Of a DNA stretch of 64,000 nt, positions 45,000 to 55,229 are shown in pieces (position 1 is the first letter of the stretch; each line of letters opens with the position of its first letter). The notes under the pieces are model-generated. The model made no database searches and had not been told where the DNA came from. It saw only the letters and a list, made by a program, of their open reading frames with translations. The stretch comes from Dehalococcoidia bacterium (GTDB lineage: Bacteria; Chloroflexota; Dehalococcoidia; Lucifugimonadales; Australimonadaceae), in contig OZ244813.1 in assembly GCA_965220225.1 (NCBI GenBank), forward strand, positions 1,506,991 through 1,570,990. Direction: 5' to 3'. The position numbers were made by a program, and so were the translations under genes.

Positions 45000-45479
45000 T
45001 TACCCCGTGCTGTCGTACTGCCCTTCGTGGAAGAGGAGCGCGCCGCCCTCCCTGACCTCTACGTGCTCGACCGCGGCAACGAACAGCGTGTGGTCGCCTG
45101 CCTCAACGTGCTGCTCGATGTGGCAGACCATGCCCACGAGCGCCTCGTCCAGCAGCGCGACGCCGCTCTCGTGCATCGTGTGCGCCTCGGGCAGCGTCCG
45201 GCGCTCCTCGGGTGCGGCGCGACCGTAGAAGTCCGCCACCCCGGCCTGATCGCCGCGGAGGAAGTTCACTCCGAAGCACCCCTCGCGGCGGAGGTAGTCA
45301 CACGTGTTCCCGCCTGTCGCGACGCTCAGCAGCAGCAGCGGCGGGTCGAGCGACACGGAGAGGAGCGCGTTCGCGGTGGTGGCGTAGGGCGCGCCGTCCG
45401 GCGAGCGCGTGGTGACGACGCTCACGCCGGTGGGGAACCTGCGCCACGCCTGTCGGTAGAGGGTGGGGTCGGCTGTCAT
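45000..45479 (-). CDS. flavin reductase family protein
   Basis: FRQAWRRFPTGVSVVT...ATTANALLSVSLDPPLLL is typical of the flavin reductase-like FMN-binding domain. ATG at 45479. Confidence 0.85.
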   Translation of the reverse strand: MTADPTLYRQAWRRFPTGVSVVTTRSPDGAPYATTANALLSVSLDPPLLLLSVATGGNTCDYLRREGCFGVNFLRGDQAGVADFYGRAAPEERRTLPEAHTMHESGVALLDEALVGMVCHIEQHVEAGDHTLFVAAVEHVEVREGGALLFHEGQYDSTG

Positions 45480-45534
45480 CGGCGTGTAGGATAGAGCATC
45501 GGCGCGGCTTGCGCAGGTGGAGGCCAGGGGAGCG

Positions 45535-45819
45535 ATGAACGAGCAACAACTGGTGCGGACCCTGAACTCGGTGGGGATGAGGTGCTTCATCGCCTGGTTC
45601 AGGCAGTTCTGCGACCCGTCGCTCTCGAACGAAGACGTAGCGGCGCAGATGCAAGAAGTGGAACGCTACTCGGCCAAGGCCTGCCGGAGCCGGGTGAGCG
45701 GTGCGCGGCGCATCATCAAGGCGGGACGCGGCCGGGATGCGCTGACCATCATCGCCAACTCCCGGGCAGACGCGCGAACGAAGCAAGGAGCCGTGACGTT
45801 CCTCACCTCGCGGGGTTAG
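45535..45819 (+). CDS. hypothetical protein
   Basis: The ORF has non-shadow-like composition. No family recognised. The start is uncertain (45517 or 45535). Confidence 0.4.
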   Translation: MNEQQLVRTLNSVGMRCFIAWFRQFCDPSLSNEDVAAQMQEVERYSAKACRSRVSGARRIIKAGRGRDALTIIANSRADARTKQGAVTFLTSRG

Positions 45820-45832
45820 TTCGCCAGAACCC

Positions 45833-46696
45833 CTAGCCCGCCGTCACCGCCGCCTTGACCCCCAGCCACTCCGGCACGACGCGGAAGAGGTCGTCCTCCT
45901 TGTTGTGCCAGCCGTGGTCGCCGCCCTCCAGGTGCACCCACGTCACGTTCTCCCGACCCTCGCACAGCGCGGCCATGTCGCGGCCGGCGTCGCGCATGCG
46001 GGGGTGGGTCTCCTCGGTGCCCGTGAGGATGAGCAGCGGGCACTCGATCTCGTTCGTGTGCGCCTTCGTGATGTCGTAGTGCTCGGAGCAGTGGCGGTCC
46101 AGGTAGACGTCGGCGGAGAAGTACGCGCCGGGGTTGGGGAAGTCCACGAACATGATCTCGTGGCCGCGTCCATCGGCGACCAGCGCCTTCGCGTTCTCGT
46201 AGTTCCGCAGGTGCTCCTCTCCCATCTCGCATGCCGAGTAGTACTCGTGGGAGAAGCGCAGCGGCGCGAGCGAGATCACTCCGGCGACGTTGGGGTCCTG
46301 GTTCTTCGCCTGTGCGAGCACGACGCGCACCGCGCCGAGGCTGCTGCCCCAGATGCCGACGCGCTCGTAGCCGCGCTCCACCATGAACGCCACCGTCGCC
46401 TGCAGGTCCAGATGGGTCTCGGAGAGCATCTCGTAGACGTTGCCGGTGCGCACCTTGCCTGCTCGTCCGCCGACCACGTCGTGGCCTCGCGTGTTGAAGA
46501 GCGCGGTCGGGATGCCCATGTCGCGCAGCTTCGCGGCGCGCGGGTTGGAGGGCGACAGGTAGAAGTTGCCGGCGGAGCCGTGCACCATCACCATCGCGTC
46601 CACCAGCAGGTCCGTCCGGGGCTGCTCCGGCTCCAGCACGATGCCGCTCAGGGTAACGCCGTCGCTCGTCTTGGTGTGTACCAGGTCAACCAGCAT
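45833..46696 (-). CDS. alpha/beta hydrolase
   Basis: Nucleophile elbow GIWGSSLG. HG oxyanion motif VMVHGSAGN. C-terminal GGDHGW. ATG at 46696 follows GGAGG; a longer ORF runs to 46741. Confidence 0.75.
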   Translation of the reverse strand: MLVDLVHTKTSDGVTLSGIVLEPEQPRTDLLVDAMVMVHGSAGNFYLSPSNPRAAKLRDMGIPTALFNTRGHDVVGGRAGKVRTGNVYEMLSETHLDLQATVAFMVERGYERVGIWGSSLGAVRVVLAQAKNQDPNVAGVISLAPLRFSHEYYSACEMGEEHLRNYENAKALVADGRGHEIMFVDFPNPGAYFSADVYLDRHCSEHYDITKAHTNEIECPLLILTGTEETHPRMRDAGRDMAALCEGRENVTWVHLEGGDHGWHNKEDDLFRVVPEWLGVKAAVTAG

Positions 46697-46759
46697 CGTC
46701 GCGCCTCCGGGGTCAGTCTGGTGCCGGTAGTATATGCGCACGCGCGCTTGCCGGGTGTG

Positions 46760-48154
46760 TCAGTCCTCGTCGAGCGGCTCCGGCATCAGCACGAACTCCG
46801 GGTACGCCTCGATGCCCAGCTCGCCGACGTCCTGCCCCAGCCGCTCGATGTTGGAGGAAACCCGCGCGCCCAGCGTTGCCTTGAACGCCTGCCATAGCAG
46901 CCAGGAGACGGGAAAGACGAACGCGCCGACCGCCAGCACGCCGATCAACTGCACGTGGAACTGCGCCCCCGCTGCGATGGAAGCGGCAAGCGTCCCCCAG
47001 ATGCCCGCGAACAGGTGGGCGGGCACCGCGCCCACGACGTCGTCCAGTTTCACCGTCTCCAGCAGTTTCAGCCCCGCAACGACGATCACTCCGCCGATCG
47101 CCCCGATGATGATTGCCCAGTAGTGATCGACGATATCGGGTCCGGCGGTGATGGAGACGAGGCCGGCGATGGCGCCGTTCAGCGCGGCGAAGAGGTCTAT
47201 GCGCCCGAGTATCCAGCGCGAGACCAGTATGGCCGTGATGACGCCTGCGGCAGCCGCCAGGTTCGTGTTCACGATCACGATGCTCATCGCCACCGCGTCC
47301 ACGGCGCTCGCCAGCGCGAGTTGAGAACCTCCGTTGAAACCGAACCAGCCGAGCCAGAGGATGAACACCCCCAGCGTCACCGCGATGGTGTTGGACGGCG
47401 GCGTCGGCCTGGCCTTGCCGTCGCGCCCGAACTTGCCGAGCCTCGGCCCCACGACGAGGATGCCCGCCAGTGCAGCCCAGCCGCCGGTGCTGTGCACGAT
47501 GGTCGAGCCCGCGAAGTCCTGGAATCCCATCTCAGTGAGCCAGCCGCCGCCCCACGTCCACGCGCCGACGATGGGGTAGATGAACCCCGTCAGCAGGAGC
47601 GTGAAGAGGAAGAACGACCACATCTTGACCCGCTCTGCCAGCGCGCCGGACACGATGGAGGCAGCGGTCGCCACGAACACCATCTGGAAGAACCAGTCCG
47701 ACATCACCGAGTAGCTGCTCTCCTCGACAACCGCCGCCGCGTCGCCTTCTCCGGCGAGCAACGCCACCTCGCTGGCCGACGGTCCGTAGAGCAGGTTGAA
47801 CGAGCCGATGAAGCCTCCCACGATATCGACGTACATGAGGTTGTAGCCGACGAAGAAATAGGCCAGCCCCGCGATGGAGTAGAGGCCGATGTTCTTCATG
47901 CAGATCATGGAGGCGTTCTTGGTGCGGACGGAACCGGCCTCCAGCATCGTGAACCCGGCGGCCATCCACATCACCAGAGCGCCCCAGACGAGGAACGCGA
48001 ACGTGTTGAGGACGAATGCGGTCTCCGAAGTGACGTCGGCGGCATGCGCGACGGCAGGCTGGGCCACGAAGAGCACCAGCGCGAGTATGCCGGACACGGC
48101 AAGGACGATGGGGGGACGGCGGTAGGACAGGATGCGCAGGACGGTCATCGGCAC
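46760..48154 (-). CDS. amt: ammonium transporter (Amt family) with N-terminal signal-like extension
   Basis: FTMLEAGSVR, DFAGSTIVHSTGG, LWLGWFGFNGGS and VVGAVPAHLFAGIWG motifs. The signal-like segment is LALVLFVAQPAVAHA|A. Confidence 0.9.
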   Translation of the reverse strand: MPMTVLRILSYRRPPIVLAVSGILALVLFVAQPAVAHAADVTSETAFVLNTFAFLVWGALVMWMAAGFTMLEAGSVRTKNASMICMKNIGLYSIAGLAYFFVGYNLMYVDIVGGFIGSFNLLYGPSASEVALLAGEGDAAAVVEESSYSVMSDWFFQMVFVATAASIVSGALAERVKMWSFFLFTLLLTGFIYPIVGAWTWGGGWLTEMGFQDFAGSTIVHSTGGWAALAGILVVGPRLGKFGRDGKARPTPPSNTIAVTLGVFILWLGWFGFNGGSQLALASAVDAVAMSIVIVNTNLAAAAGVITAILVSRWILGRIDLFAALNGAIAGLVSITAGPDIVDHYWAIIIGAIGGVIVVAGLKLLETVKLDDVVGAVPAHLFAGIWGTLAASIAAGAQFHVQLIGVLAVGAFVFPVSWLLWQAFKATLGARVSSNIERLGQDVGELGIEAYPEFVLMPEPLDED

Positions 48155-48259
48155 TTAACCTCCGCTCTCCGGTTGGGCGCGAGCGTAGCGCATCCCCACG
48201 GGAACCGACAACGCATCGGAGCCGCTGTTTCCGCGGGGCGCTGGTATCATGAACGTCCT

Positions 48260-49942
48260 ATGCTCGTCCGAGACCTCATCGCCGCATGCCTGCGCGACGC
48301 CGTCGGCGAGGCGCAACGCACCGGCGCGCTTCCCCCGTTCGACTTGCCGCAGTCCGGTTTCGTGGAGCGTCCGCAGAAGGCGGACCACGGCGACTTCGCC
48401 TCCGGCCTCCCGCTGCGTGTGGCGAAGGCGGCGAAGCGGCCGCCGCTCGAGATAGCACAGCTGCTTGCCGATGCGCTCGCGCAGGGCGCGGCCGGCCCCA
48501 TCGGCGAAGTCTCCGCCGCACCGCCGGGGTTCGTGAACTTCCGCCTGAGCGACGACTGGCTCCGCGCCCAGGTGGAGGCGGTTCGCACGGCAGGCGATAC
48601 GTTCGGCAACGTGGACGTGGGCGCGGGCAGGCAGGTGCAGATCGAGTTCGTGAGCGTGAACCCGACGGGACCTGTACACGTCGGCCACGCGCGAGGCGCG
48701 GTGCTCGGCAGCGGGCTCGCCAGCGCTCTCTCGGCGGCCGGGTTCGACGTCATCCGCGAGTACTACGTGAACGACGCGGGCAACCAGATGGAACTCTTCT
48801 ACCGCTCGGTGTTCGCCCGCTATGCGGAGGCGCTCGGCAGGACGGACGTGCCGCTGCCGGAAGACGGCTACCGGGGCGCGTACCTTGTGGAGCTCGGTAA
48901 GGAACTGGCCGAACGCCACGGCCTGCGCTACTTGGAGATGGATGCGGCAGAGGCGATAGCCGAGCTCGGTGAAGAGGCCCTCAACCGCATGCTCGACGTG
49001 ATACGCGCCGACCTCGACCGCATCGGCGTCGGGTTCGACGTCTGGTTCCGCGAGCGCGACCTCTACTCCGGCGGGCAGTACGAAGAGACGATGGCCCTGC
49101 TCCGCGAGCGCGGCTACACCGCCGTGCGCGACGGCGCGGAGTGGTTCACCTCCACCGCGCTCGGCGACGAGAAGGACAACGTCATCGTGCGTAGCACGGG
49201 CGCGCCGACGTACTTCGCGTCCGACATCGCCTACCATCGCGACAAGTTCGGGCGCCGCGGTTTCGACCGGGTGATCGACATCTGGGGCGCGGACCACCAG
49301 GGTCACGTGCCGCGCATGAAGGCGGTGATGCAGGCGCTCGACCTGGACCCCGATCGCCTCACCATCCTCATCGGCCAACTCGTCACGTTGAAGAGCGGCG
49401 GCGACATCGTGCGCGCCTCGAAGCGCACCGGTCAGATCGTGACGCTCGGCGACCTCGTGGACGAGGTGGGCGCCGACGCCTGCCGCTACTTCTTCCTCGC
49501 ACGCGCGGCAGAGAGCCAGATGGAGTTTGATCTCGAACTCGCCAAGAGGGAATCGAGCGAGAACCCGGTCTACTACGTGCAGTACGCCCACGCGCGCATC
49601 GCCGGCATCGTCCGGCAGGCCGCCGAGCGCGGCGTTGACTGGGACGATGGCGACACTGCACTGCTGACCGACCCCGCCGAACTCGCGCTCGTTCGCAGGA
49701 TGCTGCAGCTGCCCGAGATCGTGGACTCGATCGCCGTGACGCTCGCGCCGCACTCGCTGCCGCACTACGCCGTCGACCTGGCGACCGCGTTCCACTGGTT
49801 CTACGACCACTGCCGCGTGCTGTCGTCCGACCCGGCGGGCGCATCGCTGATGAAGGCGCGACTCAAGCTGACCGAGGCCGCGCGCGTCGCGCTCGCCCGA
49901 ACGCTCGCGTTGATGGGCATGAGCGCCCCCGAGACGATGTAG
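48260..49942 (+). CDS. argS: arginine--tRNA ligase
   Basis: Class-I HIGH variant SVNPTGPVHVGHAR, an Arg-tRNA synthetase N-domain, and the DALR anticodon-binding end VQYAHARI. ATG at 48260; upstream ORF sequence is antisense of amt. Confidence 0.95.
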   Translation: MLVRDLIAACLRDAVGEAQRTGALPPFDLPQSGFVERPQKADHGDFASGLPLRVAKAAKRPPLEIAQLLADALAQGAAGPIGEVSAAPPGFVNFRLSDDWLRAQVEAVRTAGDTFGNVDVGAGRQVQIEFVSVNPTGPVHVGHARGAVLGSGLASALSAAGFDVIREYYVNDAGNQMELFYRSVFARYAEALGRTDVPLPEDGYRGAYLVELGKELAERHGLRYLEMDAAEAIAELGEEALNRMLDVIRADLDRIGVGFDVWFRERDLYSGGQYEETMALLRERGYTAVRDGAEWFTSTALGDEKDNVIVRSTGAPTYFASDIAYHRDKFGRRGFDRVIDIWGADHQGHVPRMKAVMQALDLDPDRLTILIGQLVTLKSGGDIVRASKRTGQIVTLGDLVDEVGADACRYFFLARAAESQMEFDLELAKRESSENPVYYVQYAHARIAGIVRQAAERGVDWDDGDTALLTDPAELALVRRMLQLPEIVDSIAVTLAPHSLPHYAVDLATAFHWFYDHCRVLSSDPAGASLMKARLKLTEAARVALARTLALMGMSAPETM

Positions 49943-49950
49943 GGCGACAG

Positions 49951-51132
49951 ATGCGGCGCGTCTGGGAGGTGCTGCTCACCGCCGGGTGGCTTGGCCTCAC
50001 CTCGTTCGGCGGCCCGGTCGCGCACATCGGCTACTTCCGCGAGGCGTACGTCGTCCGCAAGCGCTGGCTGGACGAAGACACCTTCGCCGGGCTCGTCGCG
50101 CTCTGCCAGTTCCTGCCCGGCCCCGCGAGCAGCCAGTTGGGGATAGCCATCGGCATCCGCCGCGCGGGGCTGCTCGGCGGCTTCGCGGCATGGCTTGCCT
50201 TCACACTGCCGTCTGCCGCCGCGCTCATCCTGTTCGCCTACGGCGTGCAATCGCTCGGCGACCAGACCGACGCCGGCTGGCTGCATGGCCTGAAGGTCGT
50301 CGCCGTGGCAGTCGTCGCGCTGGCGCTGTGGGGCATGGCGCGGACGCTGGCGCCGGACAGGCTCCGGGTGACGATAGCGGCGCTCGCCGCTATCGCACTG
50401 CTGGCCGCTCCCGGCATCGGAGCGCAACTCGCGGTCATCGTCGCTGGAGGACTGCTCGGGCTCACCCTGCTGCGGACCGACGATGCCGTGCCCTCACAGG
50501 CAGCCGGTCAGCGAGGGACGCCGTGGCTCGCCGTTGCTGCGCTGCTTGCGTTCTTCGCGCTGTTGATCGCTCTGCCCGTCGCTGCGCGGCTCTTCGATGT
50601 CGGCGCGCTCGCCGTTGCCGACAGCTTCTACCGCGCTGGATCGCTCGTATTCGGCGGGGGCCACGTCGTGCTGCCGCTGCTGGAGGCGGAGGTCGTGCCG
50701 CCGGGCTGGGTGACGAAGGACGTCTTCATCGCGGGCTATGGAGCGGCGCAGGCGGTGCCGGGGCCGCTGTTCACGTTCGCGGGCTACCTCGGTGCGGCGA
50801 TGGACGTCGTCGCTCCGCGATGGCTGGGCGGCCTGCTGGCGCTGGGCGCGATATTCCTGCCGTCGTTCTTCCTCGTGGCGGGCGTGCTGCCGTTCTGGGA
50901 GCGGCTGCGCGGCGTCGCACGGGTGCGGCGGGCGCTGATGGGCGTCAACGCGGCCGTTGTCGGGCTGCTGCTCGCGGCGCTGTACGACCCGGTGTGGACG
51001 AGTGCTATCCGTGCGCCGGAGGACTTTGCCTGGGCCGTGGGCGCGTTTGCGCTGCTGGCGTTCTGGCGCGTGCCGCCGTGGGCGGTCGTCGCCCTCGCGG
51101 CTGGCGCTGGCGCGTTGCTTGCGGCGCTCTAG
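49951..51132 (+). CDS. chrA: chromate transporter (CHR family)
   Basis: Duplicated CHR motif: FGGPVAHIGY...LPGPASSQL, then FGGGHVVLPLL...AVPGPLFTFA. Confidence 0.85.
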   Translation: MRRVWEVLLTAGWLGLTSFGGPVAHIGYFREAYVVRKRWLDEDTFAGLVALCQFLPGPASSQLGIAIGIRRAGLLGGFAAWLAFTLPSAAALILFAYGVQSLGDQTDAGWLHGLKVVAVAVVALALWGMARTLAPDRLRVTIAALAAIALLAAPGIGAQLAVIVAGGLLGLTLLRTDDAVPSQAAGQRGTPWLAVAALLAFFALLIALPVAARLFDVGALAVADSFYRAGSLVFGGGHVVLPLLEAEVVPPGWVTKDVFIAGYGAAQAVPGPLFTFAGYLGAAMDVVAPRWLGGLLALGAIFLPSFFLVAGVLPFWERLRGVARVRRALMGVNAAVVGLLLAALYDPVWTSAIRAPEDFAWAVGAFALLAFWRVPPWAVVALAAGAGALLAAL

Positions 51133-51141
51133 CCCCGCGCT

Positions 51142-52314
51142 CTAGCGCGCTGCCACCTGCGCGTCCGGTGAGCGGTTGGCCCCGATCTGGGCGATGCCCT
51201 CGTCGACGTTCGTGTCGATGAGCGGGTGGTCCGGGTCGCGGAACACGCCGATGGGGTCCTCGCCGCGCTGCACGCGCTCGATCTGCTCTTTCATCACGCG
51301 CCGGATCAGCACAACGCCCCGGTCCGAGTACGAGAGGTGCTCGACGGTGCGGTCCGTGATGGGGCCCTGCGTTTCCCACGACATCTGGTCCTGCGCGTTC
51401 ACGTCGCGGAGGATGAACCGGGTGAAGGGGTGGTCCTTCTCCGGGTCCTCCTTGATGGGCGGGTCGAACTTGAACTCCGGGTTGAACGTGTCCGGGTCCT
51501 CGCTGCCGTCCTCGTTCGGGTAGAAGTGCATACGGAGGTGCCAGGTGTGCGTGTCGTCTATGGGCGTGCGGAACTGGGTGCTGGAGCCCTGGCGCAGGAT
51601 GTTCGGCATCAGGACGGGGTGCTCGTCCACCATGCCGTTCTTGTAGGTGCGCTTCTTCATCATTCCGCCGTAGTCGGTCACGTAGAACTCGAAGTGCTCC
51701 ACGTCGTCGGTGAAACCGCGCGTCGTGTTGACGGGCTGGCGTCCGCCGCCGGTGAATTCCTGGTGCAGCACCTGGAGGTGGGCCGGGTCCATGGAGTTCT
51801 CCATCGCCTGGAACCAGTTGCAGTTCAGTGGCGGGTGGATGCGCACCATCCGCTTGCCGTCCTTGCGGAACATCGTGTCGTAGGGGGCCATCGGGGGCGC
51901 GGGGTCGGGGCCCATGTAGGCGAAGACGAGGCCGATGTGCACCTGCACCTTGTAGGCGGTCTGCTTCACGGAGCGCATGATCGCCTCGTTCTTCTCCGGC
52001 GGAGTCTCGAGGATGTTGCCGTCGCAGTCGTACAGCCAGCCGTGGTAGGCGCAGGAGATGCCCCGCTCCTCGACGCGCCCGTAGACGAGCGAGGCGCTGC
52101 GGTGCGCGCAGTGGTCGGCCAGCAGGCCGATGCGCCCGGACTTGTCCTTGAAGAGGACGAGGTCCTCCCCGAGGACGCGGACAGCCTTGGTGGGGCGCTC
52201 GTCCGTCAGGTCGGAGGCGATGGCGATGGGGTGCCAGTAGCGGCGGAGCAGTTCGCCCCCGGGCGTGCCCGGACCGACTCTCGTAAGCAGGTCGTTCTCT
52301 TGCTGCGTCAGCAT
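51142..52314 (-). CDS. Rieske [2Fe-2S] aromatic ring-hydroxylating oxygenase, alpha-type
   Basis: Rieske motif CAHRSASL...CAYHGW. Mononuclear-iron His context NSMDPAHLQVLH. Confidence 0.85.
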   Translation of the reverse strand: MLTQQENDLLTRVGPGTPGGELLRRYWHPIAIASDLTDERPTKAVRVLGEDLVLFKDKSGRIGLLADHCAHRSASLVYGRVEERGISCAYHGWLYDCDGNILETPPEKNEAIMRSVKQTAYKVQVHIGLVFAYMGPDPAPPMAPYDTMFRKDGKRMVRIHPPLNCNWFQAMENSMDPAHLQVLHQEFTGGGRQPVNTTRGFTDDVEHFEFYVTDYGGMMKKRTYKNGMVDEHPVLMPNILRQGSSTQFRTPIDDTHTWHLRMHFYPNEDGSEDPDTFNPEFKFDPPIKEDPEKDHPFTRFILRDVNAQDQMSWETQGPITDRTVEHLSYSDRGVVLIRRVMKEQIERVQRGEDPIGVFRDPDHPLIDTNVDEGIAQIGANRSPDAQVAAR

Positions 52315-52378
52315 CGTTGCACCTCTCGTGCCTGCGTCCTTCTCGTGAGGTTACTGTACTCCTGCCGACCGTGCAGGT

Positions 52379-53029
52379 CTATGTGTCTTCCTCGTCGGGA
52401 GACGGGAGCAGGTACGCCGCGATCCGGAGCAGCGCTTCCCAGTCCTGGCGCTTCGGGCGGAGGCCGGTGTCTACCTGCACCGTCCATCCCCGGAACTCGT
52501 CGTCGTACCCCGATATCTCCAGGCATCCAACCCTCTTCGCGAGCCTGACGACTGCCGGGTCGCCGGCGAGGGTGTCGAACAGCCCTGTCCCGCGGTCGTC
52601 GCCCGTCCACGTGACGGCGGTCACCCGTCCGAACAGCGGGAAGCTCTTCTCGCGGCTCGTCTTGATGTCGACCGCCTGCCTGTTATCGACGTAGCGCAGG
52701 TCGTCCGGTTGGTCGTCCCGTCCCTCGTCCGGGAGGCAGAAGACGGTCCACCACCGCGTGGGGCTGTACTGGTTCCCGTCCTGCTTGACGATGTTGACCC
52801 ACCGGAACGGCCCTTCCGCGATGTCGATGACACCGATAGAGCGCGTGAACGTTCGCTTGCGGACCTCCTCTTCGGACCTGCCGCGCTCGGCCATCTCGGC
52901 GCGCACGCCGAGCGAGTTCAGGGCCTTGGCGATGTTGTCGCGAGTCTTGTCACGCCATCGTTCGTGGAACCGTTCGCGCACCGGATACTCCTCCAAAGGG
53001 CGATGGCGCGGAAGATAGGCGCGGGGCAT
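52379..53029 (-). CDS. hypothetical protein
   Basis: ORF of more than 200 aa with balanced composition. ATG at 53029 avoids overlap with the upstream MFS gene. No family recognised. Confidence 0.5.
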   Translation of the reverse strand: MPRAYLPRHRPLEEYPVRERFHERWRDKTRDNIAKALNSLGVRAEMAERGRSEEEVRKRTFTRSIGVIDIAEGPFRWVNIVKQDGNQYSPTRWWTVFCLPDEGRDDQPDDLRYVDNRQAVDIKTSREKSFPLFGRVTAVTWTGDDRGTGLFDTLAGDPAVVRLAKRVGCLEISGYDDEFRGWTVQVDTGLRPKRQDWEALLRIAAYLLPSPDEEDT

Positions 53030-53069
53030 GGCGGTGTCAACGCGCTCGCGCCGGGGCGTTGTCGTGCTC

Positions 53070-54356
53070 CTACCCACTCCCGCTGGAACGGGAGGACCTG
53101 CGGTGCGTCTCTGGCACGAACAGTCCGAGGATGATCGAGGAGAGCATCCCCGCTACGCCGACGACTCCCAGCGCCAGGGTGAAACCGGAGAGGGCCGTGC
53201 AGACCGAAACGACCACGGGGTTGGTCGTGAACCCCGCCTGCGTCACCGTGCGCCCCACCGCGAAGAACCGTCCCCTGCCGCCGGGAGGCGCGAGGTCGGA
53301 GCCGACGACCTGCCACGAGCCGGTGAGCAGGCTGTTCATCGTCTGCATGACGACGAACCCCACGATGAACCAGCCGAACCCCAGCCCGAAGAACGACGTT
53401 ACCCCGAGGAAGGCCATTCCGGCGCCCAGCAGGAAGAGGCCCGGCACGATCGATATCTTCCGCCCGAAGCGGTCCATCAGGTACCCGGCGGCGAAAGTGA
53501 GTGGTATCCCCGCGCCCGCCATCAGGCTGCTGAGGATGCCGAGCGTCGCGGGGTCGGCTTCCTGGTAGGCGTAGGCGGCGTAGAGGAACACGGTGTTGCC
53601 CGCCACGATGCCGCCGCGCGCCGTCATGCCGAGCCACTGGGCGAGGAACATGACCGGTATCGGATGAGCCAGGAGCGCCTTCCACGAGAAGCTCTCCGAG
53701 AGAGAGGACGCCGCGCCCCGGCTTCCAGAGCGTCCGCCCTGCGGCATCGTCTCCCTGGCGAAGAAACCGGGGACCATGGCGATGACCGCGAACGCGCCCT
53801 GGATGATGAACGCGATCTCAAGGCCGTACGTCACGGCCAGCAGCCCGCCCGCCAGCGGCCCCGCCAGCGTGCCGACGTGCTGCACGCCTAGGAGGCTCGT
53901 GATCATGCGCCCGCGTGAGCCCGAGGCGCTGGTGTCGGCGATCATCGTGAGCCTGCTGAGTGTCCACATCTGGGTGCCCCACCCGCCGATGAAGCGGTAG
54001 AGGAGCAGTAACTCGAAGGAGCCCGCCCAGGCGGTGAGGAAGGCGGAGAGGGCGGTGAGCGCCGGACCAAGGATGAGGATCCACCGCCGCCCGATCTTGT
54101 CGAGCAGGTAGCCGATGGGGATGCTGGCAGTGAGCCCGCCGAGCATCGTGGACGCGAACACGAGGGCGGCCTGCTCCGGCTCCACGCCGAACGACAGAGC
54201 GAACTCCGGCAGGACCGGGACCGTCGCCCCCATGCCGAACCCGAGCGCGATCGCGGGCAGGTGGAGCTGGAAGAGCAGCCGCAGGAGGCGCTGCGGCGAA
54301 GCGCTCGCATCCGTTGCGGGCGCCGGAGCCTGGCTGGAGGGCGGCTGCGTCGTCAC
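53070..54356 (-). CDS. MFS transporter
   Basis: About 12 TM helices. LDKIGRRW and DRFGRK loop motifs. Confidence 0.8.
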   Translation of the reverse strand: MTTQPPSSQAPAPATDASASPQRLLRLLFQLHLPAIALGFGMGATVPVLPEFALSFGVEPEQAALVFASTMLGGLTASIPIGYLLDKIGRRWILILGPALTALSAFLTAWAGSFELLLLYRFIGGWGTQMWTLSRLTMIADTSASGSRGRMITSLLGVQHVGTLAGPLAGGLLAVTYGLEIAFIIQGAFAVIAMVPGFFARETMPQGGRSGSRGAASSLSESFSWKALLAHPIPVMFLAQWLGMTARGGIVAGNTVFLYAAYAYQEADPATLGILSSLMAGAGIPLTFAAGYLMDRFGRKISIVPGLFLLGAGMAFLGVTSFFGLGFGWFIVGFVVMQTMNSLLTGSWQVVGSDLAPPGGRGRFFAVGRTVTQAGFTTNPVVVSVCTALSGFTLALGVVGVAGMLSSIILGLFVPETHRRSSRSSGSG

Positions 54357-54373
54357 TCGGGGAGGTTACACCC

Positions 54374-54958
54374 CTACATCCGCTCAATCACCCCGCAGGC
54401 TACCCGCTTGCCGGTGTCCGACTCCGTCTCTCCATAGGCGTCCGGGTTCTCGTGCACGATGATGGCGGAGCCGTCGTCATCGAATATGGAATGACTCAGG
54501 GCAGTGTCCAGTGTGATGCCAACGGTAAAGAAGTCTGCCCGTGCGGAACCGTCGGAAGCGGCGTAGATATTGGGCAGGTCGCCGCTGTGTCCCCCGGATT
54601 CGCCTCGCTTCCATGCCGGGTGGACGAGACCGTGTTCCGCATCGGTGGGGTTGAAGTGGTCGCCGGCGGCGCCGAAGTCAGGCGAACACGCGCCGGTCTC
54701 GTGGATGATGAAAGCGTGGCCGCCCGGGGCCAGCCCCTTCACGTTGGCCATGATCAGGACCCCGGAGCTGGCTTGCCGGAACGTAACGGTCCCCATGGGG
54801 TCGCCTGACGGGGACTCCAGTACTGCCTCTGCCGTCAAGCCCGCTTCGGGCTCGGCCGGTTCACCTGATCCGACGGTCAGCAGAACGAAGATGCCGATGA
54901 CGGCGGCTACGATGGCAGCGGGCACCAGGAAGATAGCCAGGTACCATCTCCCAGTCAT
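54374..54958 (-). CDS. sodC: Cu/Zn superoxide dismutase, membrane-anchored
   Basis: GGHAFIIHETGAC, GDHFNP, GGHSGDLPN, IIVHENPD and ACGVI motifs follow an N-terminal TM helix. Confidence 0.9.
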   Translation of the reverse strand: MTGRWYLAIFLVPAAIVAAVIGIFVLLTVGSGEPAEPEAGLTAEAVLESPSGDPMGTVTFRQASSGVLIMANVKGLAPGGHAFIIHETGACSPDFGAAGDHFNPTDAEHGLVHPAWKRGESGGHSGDLPNIYAASDGSARADFFTVGITLDTALSHSIFDDDGSAIIVHENPDAYGETESDTGKRVACGVIERM

Positions 54959-55229
54959 TCGGGGTCACCTCCTTGGCTATCGTGCTGCGACAGAAGAGGA
55001 CCGTGGGATGCGATAGGGCCCGGCAAGCAAGGACGAAACGCGAGCGACCTCCGTCTGCACCTCGGGGCAAGAGCATATGGAGAGCCGTAGCGGTTGTGTA
55101 GGTACTGAGGTCTCATTGCGGCTATGAAAATGATACTACCGGGTCTCACGAACTGCTGGAAGGTGCTTGGTTAGCGGAGCGCCTTGCTCCCACTCGTAGG
55201 CCGGGGCGGCCGGGTGCGCATGACCCGCC

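Noticed and set aside
48155-48259. T-box leader upstream of argS.
   Set aside because: The spacer is about 105 nt, too short for a T-box. No specifier-loop or antiterminator architecture is evident.
46955-48259. 5' extension of the argS ORF (995-aa ORF 46955..49942).
   Set aside because: The first 435 codons are antisense to the second ammonium transporter and have Arg/Asp/His-rich shadow composition. ArgRS homology begins at MLVRDLIAACL (ATG at 48260).
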